DNA of 64,000 bases from Pecten maximus (Eukaryota), in the NCBI RefSeq assembly GCF_902652985.1, contig NC_047016.1:31682001-31746000 (forward strand), given 5' to 3'. Made by a program: the position numbers and the translations under genes. Shown here piece after piece: positions 58,538 through 64,000 of the stretch; the stretch's first letter is position 1; the number at the start of each line of letters is the position of its first letter. The notes beneath the pieces were generated by a model that saw only the letters and a program-made list of their open reading frames with translations, was not told the origin of the DNA and did no database searches.

Positions 58538-60084
58538 TGTGATCATGTCACGCGCACGCTTTTACTGTGTAATTTGAATCTTTAACTGGAATTCGTATTT
58601 GATTTCGATCTACAGTGATTTAGTCACCGTTTTTTGCCGTTCGCCTTCTTAAAAAACAAAGGATGGATTTTAACCAAATTTTGCCATCAGGAATAAAAAA
58701 TCACATGTTCAAAATTTAGATTCTTCAGATTTGAAAATATCATGGCAAAATGCTATTGGATGTTGATACCTCGTTGGGTACTGAATACCTGGAGTCCATG
58801 CAAGGTCACTGGGGTCTCCTGTATGTGCCAAAAGTGGAGTCAAAATTTATTTCGAGTTGTGTAAATGGGTTCATATTGGATTTGGTGATGGTAAATAAGG
58901 GTCTGGCGCGTTTCAAGACTATATGTCTCAAAAATATAGCCCTTAACATTCAATATTCATGATTAATTTAGATTTTTTTTTTTTTTTCTTACTTTCATTT
59001 TTTTTTTCATTTCTGAGAAAATCCACAGCTAAATGTCTAATTGTGTATGTCTCATGAGGTCCGCCGAGGTTTATTTGTTTTCTTATAAGCTTCTTATGAC
59101 TCATTTTGTATGAGAAATGAACATTGTTATCAACTATTTTTTAATGAATTTTTAGAAATGCAATGTTACAGATTTTCTTAAAACATTGATTGTCAGAAGG
59201 TCGTTAAAACCCATGGAGTTATAATATTGGTGTTGACATCATGTAGCACCACCCCACTGTCATCTACCTATGTTTAGAGCTAAATATTTTACTGTTACAG
59301 CTGTTATGCACATTTAAGAATAATATCACATGCTCTTTGTGTAGATATGAGGTTTTATCTATGAGTTGTAAAGTCACATACTGCAGAATTGTTTAATTCC
59401 ACAAGGCTGATATTTGGCGGTTATCCCGGTACTAAATCTAGGACATTTTCGGACAACCAGAAAACAATTATAAACATGTATATGTTTATACATTGTACGT
59501 GTATTAATATTCGCTTGGTAATTCTTTTCGTGTTATATTAAACGTACTGAAATTAAATCTCGCAAATATTGCCAGCTATTTATCATACAACTGGACAACG
59601 ATAATGTTTCTGGTCAATGTTTTGCGATACAATCACTTTATTTGTTTATGTGGACCTTATGAATGACGTCATATTATGAATGATTTTCTAAAGATGTCAT
59701 GGATTCGACAGTGAATTTGTAATATGAATAAAATTTATATCTATAAGAATGAAATCTTTTCTTTATCATTAGTACAGGCTTTGATGAAACTCTTATATTA
59801 TAACATTAGTACATGTATTTATGAAACTCTTTGATTATAATATTAGTACATGTATTGATGGAACTTTTTGGTTACAACATTAGTATATGTATTGATAAAA
59901 CTCTTTGATTACAGTATTAGTACATGTATTGATTAAACTCTTTAACTATAACATAAATCTTTTCTTCGCATCGCAATATTGCAATCATTGGGTTGATAAA
60001 TATCTACATTGACCTCGTCCAACAACAATAATTATGTAACAAGCTAATTAATAGATATGTGAATTACCAGACGAGTTGGTGTAT

Positions 60085-60480
60085 CTTTAGACTATCTTAC
60101 CCGAAGGATCAAGATGACCTATAGCCGTCGTGTTTCGTCCGTCGTCGTGCGTTGACCATGATTTTTTTTTTTTTACACAATTCAAACTTCTCACGTTCTA
60201 CCTATGGCATTGAATTCACAATTGCGTGAAATGATCCTGAGATGGTGCTGACAAAATGTTGCTGATTTCTGGGCTTATTTGAAATCAAAGCTTGATGATC
60301 TGACTGCAATTATTGAAAATAAGATTTTATATACCTTTGCAGTTCGAATTCCACCAGTGGGACTTAGTTGAAACTTGTCAGGGGTAATCCTGAGATAGTC
60401 CTGATCAAGTATTGTCATTTTTCAAACTTTTCTGAATTCCATCATGGATGCTATAACAACAGCCATTCTATAACATGACT
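60085..60480 (-). mobile_element. Degraded HINE-like element
   Basis: Hairpin remnant ATCTTACC-CGAA-GGATCAAGATGACC followed by a CGTCCGTCGTCG microsatellite and degenerate core repeats. Confidence 0.55.
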
Positions 60481-61849
60481 GATTATTATTTTTCGTAAAG
60501 TACGCACATATTAAACTATTTGCATGCTACCTACTATATACAGACAACTAATGTCCAATGTACTTATGACAATGACAATTTTGGCGATTGTTGCTTCAGT
60601 AGAAGTAACTATCTCCATGGCATGCATGATGACATAACATGCGCAATGAAGATGCGCACTCGCTGGAGTAGGAATTCCCACTCAAGATGGTTGATCGCAA
60701 AAAAAAAACAAGATATGGTTTGAATCAGATTGTGTTTCTCGCTACCGGTCATCTGTGTTGCGTACCCATGGGAGTTAACTGAGAAGGGAACAGTCTACCA
60801 GTGTTTGACCTCAACGCTTGATGTATTATTGGTGGAATGTGACAAATAACCAAACTTACAGACATAACAAAGGCCATTGGGTCAAAATTCAAGGCCATTA
60901 GGGTCATAAGGTCAAGGACAAATCTGATCACTTTTGATGATAATGACCCTGGATGAAAACATTCCCGGTATATGGAGATGGAAGGAAACAAGATTCACAT
61001 CAATGTACATTCCTCTTCCTAGTTGAAATTGCTTTCGAAGTCCAAATGTCATGAGTAGATAGCCTATTGATGATAACCACAGTATTCTTGCTTACTTTGA
61101 ATATTGTTTTGAATAAGCAAGGAAGCTTAATTCAATTAAAGGAAAATGCTGACAGAAATACACGGTACTTAGGCGCAGATCAGGTCCATCTGGGTGGTAA
61201 TCTGTCAAGGCTAACCAGACCATAAACAACAGTCCTGTCTCATTTGTGAAAAAAAACAAAAAACAAACAAAAAACAAAAACAAAAACAAAACAAAAAATT
61301 TAAGATGATTTGTCTGCCCAAAACAGTGATACATTGTTATCGTTAAAATATTATTTTGCAATATAATGATACATAAAAAGTAAATTATAAAAAATATAAT
61401 GATACATAATTTTTAATACTGATATATGTAGATCATTTAACTAAAATTGGATTTCATTTGGGATCTTTCAGCCACGCGTAAATATATAACTGATGTAATG
61501 GTTAATATATATGTGAAACCCTGGATAAACCAATACTTGCGAACTTTCGGTTTCGGTATTGATAAAACCCATACTTGCTAACTTTCGGTATTGAGGAAAA
61601 AAAAAACCCAACTGGATAAACCCATAATTTCTCGGTAAATTAATACCTGTTTACTTTCATTATCGAGAAAATCTCGGTTAAACCCATACTTGTTTATTTT
61701 CGGCTGATTGTGTAATGTACACATCATCAACCTATCTACAAGGGAACGCTCAACATTAGCCTGTCACCGAAGATGACGGATTCCATACTGTTGCTTGTTA
61801 CCTCCGGAAGTAACAAGAAAACTACATTTCGGATCCACAAGGTAGGTTC

Positions 61850-64000
61850 ATGGTCTAGCGTCCTGTATCACGGGGGAGTCACGGTATAGTGTCCTTTATC
61901 ACATGACGTTCCGGTCTAACGACCTGTATCACAGGGACATCACGGTCTAACGTCCTGTATCACAGGGGCATCACGGTCTAACGTCCTTTATCACAGGGGC
62001 ATCACGGTGTAGTGTGCTGTATCACATGGATATCACGGTGTAACGTCCTGTATCACGGACATCACGGTCTAACGTCCTGTATCATAGGGGAGTCACGGTC
62101 TAACGTCCTGTATTACAGGGGCATCACGGTCTAACGTCCTGTATCACAGGGGCATCACGGTCTAACGTCCTGTATCGCAGGAGAGTCACGGTCTTACGTC
62201 CTGTATCACAGGGGAGTCACGGTCTTACGTCCTGTATCACAGGGGCATCACGGTCTAACGTCCTGTATCACAGGGACATCACGGTCTAACGTCCTGTATC
62301 ACAGGGGAGTCACGGTCTAACGTCCGGTATCACAGGGGAGTCACGGTCTAACGTCCCGTATCACAGGGACATCACGGTCTAACGTCCTGTATCACAGGGG
62401 AGTCACGGTCTAACGTCCGGTATCACAGGGACATCACGGTCTAACGTCCTGTATCACAGGGACATCACGGTCTAACGTCCTGTATCACAGGGGAGTCACG
62501 GTCTAACGTCCTGTATTACAGGGGCATCACGGTCTAACGTCCTGTATCACAGGGGCATCACGGCCAAGCGTCCTGTATCACAGGGGCATCACGGTCTAAC
62601 GTCCTGTATCACAGGGGAGTCACGGTCTAACGTCCTGTATCACAGGGGCATCACGGTCTAACGTCCTGTATCACAGGGACATCACGGTCTAACGTCCTGT
62701 ATCACAGGACTTAGGTTCTAACGTCCCGTTTACAGGGAAACTCACGGTTCACGGTAGAACGTACCCGTATACGGGAGTCACGGTTAACCCTTTCCAAAAC
62801 CCTTTTCCCTTTTAAAAAAACCCCGGGGGGTTTTTCCCCCCTTTATCACAAGGGTCCCAAATTTCCCAACCCCAAACCTAGGTTTCCCCGGGGGGTTACT
62901 CACCAATTTGGGAAAAAGGGGGGGACCCGGGGCTAAGAACGGTTTCCCTGGTTCCNNNNNNNNNNNNNNNNNNNNNNNNNNNNNNNNNNNNNNNNNNNNN
63001 NNNNNNNNNNNNNNNNNNNNNNNNNNNNNNNNNNNNNNNNNNNNNNNNNNNNNNNNNNNNNNNNNNNNNNNNNNNNNNNNNNNNNNNNNNNNNNNNNNNN
63101 NNNNNNNNNNNNNNNNNNNNNNNNNNNNNNNNNNNNNNNNNNNNNNNNNNNNNNNNNNNNNNNNNNNNNNNNNNNNNNNNNNNNNNNNNNNNNNNNNNNN
63201 NNNNNNNNNNNNNNNNNNNNNNNNNNNNNNNNNNNNNNNNNNNNNNNNNNNNNNNNNNNNNNNNNNNNNNNNNNNNNNNNNNNNNNNNNNNNNNNNNNNN
63301 NNNNNNNNNNNNNNNNNNNNNNNNNNNNNNNNNNNNNNNNNNNNNNNNNNNNNNNNNNNNNNNNNNNNNNNNNNNNNNNNNNNNNNNNNNNNNNNNNNNN
63401 NNNNNNNNNNNNNCACGGGGCATCACCCGATTAAAAATCCCGGTCCTTTGTAAACAGGGCATCACGCCAAACCCCTGTATCACAGGGGCATCACGGTCCA
63501 ACGTCCTGTATCACAGGGGCATCACGGTCTAACGTCCTGTATCACAGGGACATCACGACCGAGTGCCCTGTATCACAGGGACATCACGGTCTAGCGTCCT
63601 GTATCACAGGGACAGCACGGTCTAACGTCCTGTATCACAGGGGCATCACGGTATAGCGTCCTGTCTCACAGGGGCATCACGGTCTAACGGTCCGTATCAC
63701 AGGGACATCACGGTCTAACGTCCTGTATCACAGGGACATTATGGTCTAACGTCCCGTATTACAGGGACATCACGGTCTACCGTCTTGTATCACAGGGACA
63801 TCACGGTATAACGTCCTGTATCACAGGGGAGTCACGGTATAACGTCGTGTATAACAGGGGCATCACGGTCTAACGTCCTGTATAACAGAGGCATCACGGC
63901 CAAGCGTCCTGTATCACAGGGGCATCACGGTCTAACGTCCTGTATCACAGGGAGATCACGGTCTAACGTCCTGTATTACAGGGGCATCACGGTCTAATGT
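61850..64000. repeat. Minisatellite, 31-bp unit CACGGTCTAACGTCCTGTATCACAGGGGCAT, interrupted by an assembly gap and running off the window
   Basis: Direct periodicity on both sides of the N-run. Confidence 0.96.
62956..63413. other. Assembly gap (N-run) with low-quality flanks
   Basis: Ns; about 62720-62955 looks like homopolymer-smeared repeat sequence. Confidence 0.98.

Noticed and set aside
62720-63501. Homopolymer-rich sequence and X-containing ORFs
   Set aside because: Low-quality read ends beside the N gap.
863-64000. CRISPR-like appearance of the 30-50-bp repeats
   Set aside because: The units are contiguous with no unique spacers, there are no cas genes, and the context is eukaryotic.

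Overview
AT-rich, intron-rich animal DNA, most likely a mollusc and probably a bivalve; this is inferred from HINE/pearl-type Helentron elements, a V-domain SINE and intronless RING/B-box/NHL genes. The left half (about 1-32 kb) holds a + strand RalGPS gene (CDC25 RasGEF, proline-rich linker, PH domain). I reconstructed 16 in-phase coding exons from 9845 to 27334 (540 codons plus stop). The first exon was not located, and one intron is GC-AG. Several of its introns carry CpG-poor minisatellites whose units contain splice-site-like motifs. The right half (about 32-64 kb) is richer in CpG and repeats. It holds two divergently oriented, single-coding-exon TRIM-like paralogs (42492-44243 minus, 56570-58537 plus) that appear to lack B-box2 and the coiled coil and share an unusual C-terminal tail. 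It also holds two copies of an orphan TATA-promoter plus signal-peptide exon module (one intact, one with a nonsense codon), a MITE with TIRs and a 7-bp TSD, several HINE elements, a LINE fragment, SINE fragments, four large CpG-rich minisatellites and an assembly gap. Sequence-unrelated two-domain foldback elements recur across the whole window. Most ORFs in the supplied track are repeat-derived or spurious.
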